Shown one piece after another: positions 8,536-8,990 of a stretch of 8,990 bases of DNA; within the stretch, counting starts at the first letter, position 1; the number at the start of each line of letters is the position of its first letter. Made by a program: the position numbers and the translations under genes. Location of the stretch: NCBI RefSeq assembly GCF_006345805.1, contig NW_021828158.1:1-8990 (forward strand), in the 5' to 3' direction. The notes beneath the pieces are model-generated. The model did no database searches, was not told where the DNA came from, and saw only the letters and a program-made list of their open reading frames with translations. Source of the DNA: Octopus sinensis. Lineage: Eukaryota.

Positions 8536-8946
8536 AGATGTATCCACAGAGGACCAGCTTCATTTTAATGTATGATATATGTTCCTGTGTTGGTAATTAT
8601 ACTTGTCCTAAATAAAATGGCATTACTTTTTGACTCGCCCTCATACTTTTTCAAATTTGAATTTTGCCTACTCAGTTTCTGTTCGTTTTATGTCGCAGGG
8701 GAATTCATGTGAACAATTGCGTACAGTGCAATGAAATGAATATTTGGAAATTAGATGAATACTGTAAGCTTGGATGATGATCCTTAAGTGCTAACGCTCA
8801 AACGGTGAAATCAATTGATACCACGATATCTGTTCTTGCTTTGTGGTTTATACAAGGTAAGAACATTTTTTATTATATTTGTTACATTCACCGTGCTTGT
8901 TTAATAATAGGGAGAAATTTTTTGACTACTGTTTCTAGCAAGCTGG

Positions 8947-8990
8947 TATTTCGGTATCGTAATTTGTTTGTATATTTTGCCCATTTAGGT
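8947..8990 (+). repeat. Direct repeat of 8000-8043, running off the window edge
   Basis: tatttcggtatcgtaatttgtttgtatattttgcccatttaggt versus tatttcagttccctaatttatttgtatattttgccaatttaagt: 37/44, ungapped. Confidence 0.85.

Larger units (their letters stand above)
8097..8643. mobile_element. Non-autonomous fold-back mariner (Tc1/mariner) derivative, 547 bp, ~250-bp inverted arms, TA target-site duplication
   Basis: TA|cgaggttgagtcaaaaagtaatgcc ... ggcattactttttgactcgccctca|TA. Arms 8097-8346 and 8398-8643 are roughly 85% identical by eye, and both encode the mariner transposase C-terminus. The paralogous empty site with a single TA is in the left arm near 7951. Confidence 0.93.
8056..8970 (+). 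repeat. Right arm of the inverted duplication, interrupted by the mariner element at 8097-8643
   Basis: 8056-8096 plus 8646-8970 is collinear with the reverse complement of 7616-7991. Confidence 0.9.

Overview
AT-rich, microsatellite-dense eukaryotic non-coding DNA (intron or intergenic), most likely from an octopus. That assignment is an inference from my recall of the SINE family and the extreme microsatellite load. No intact protein-coding gene is supported; nearly all listed ORFs are simple-repeat artefacts. Supported content: (i) three copies of one tRNA-derived SINE (3116-3253 + partial, 5471-5873 -, 6143-6517 - old); (ii) a 5'-truncated, stop-disrupted CR1/L2-group LINE end (3687-~4200/4333) with a candidate 11-bp target-site duplication; (iii) a 547-bp TA-flanked fold-back mariner derivative made of two transposase 3' ends in opposite orientation (8097-8643); (iv) that element sits inside an older ~80%-identical inverted duplication of a ~400-bp unit (7616-8970) whose centre maps to an 8-bp inverted microhomology; (v) a near-perfect 55-bp direct duplication 2011 bp apart, a 16-bp minisatellite resembling the SINE 5' end, a 23-bp-arm hairpin and an eight-tract G-quadruplex motif. 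The nested palindrome at 7616-8990 is the most unusual structure. All alignments were done by eye and identities are approximate.
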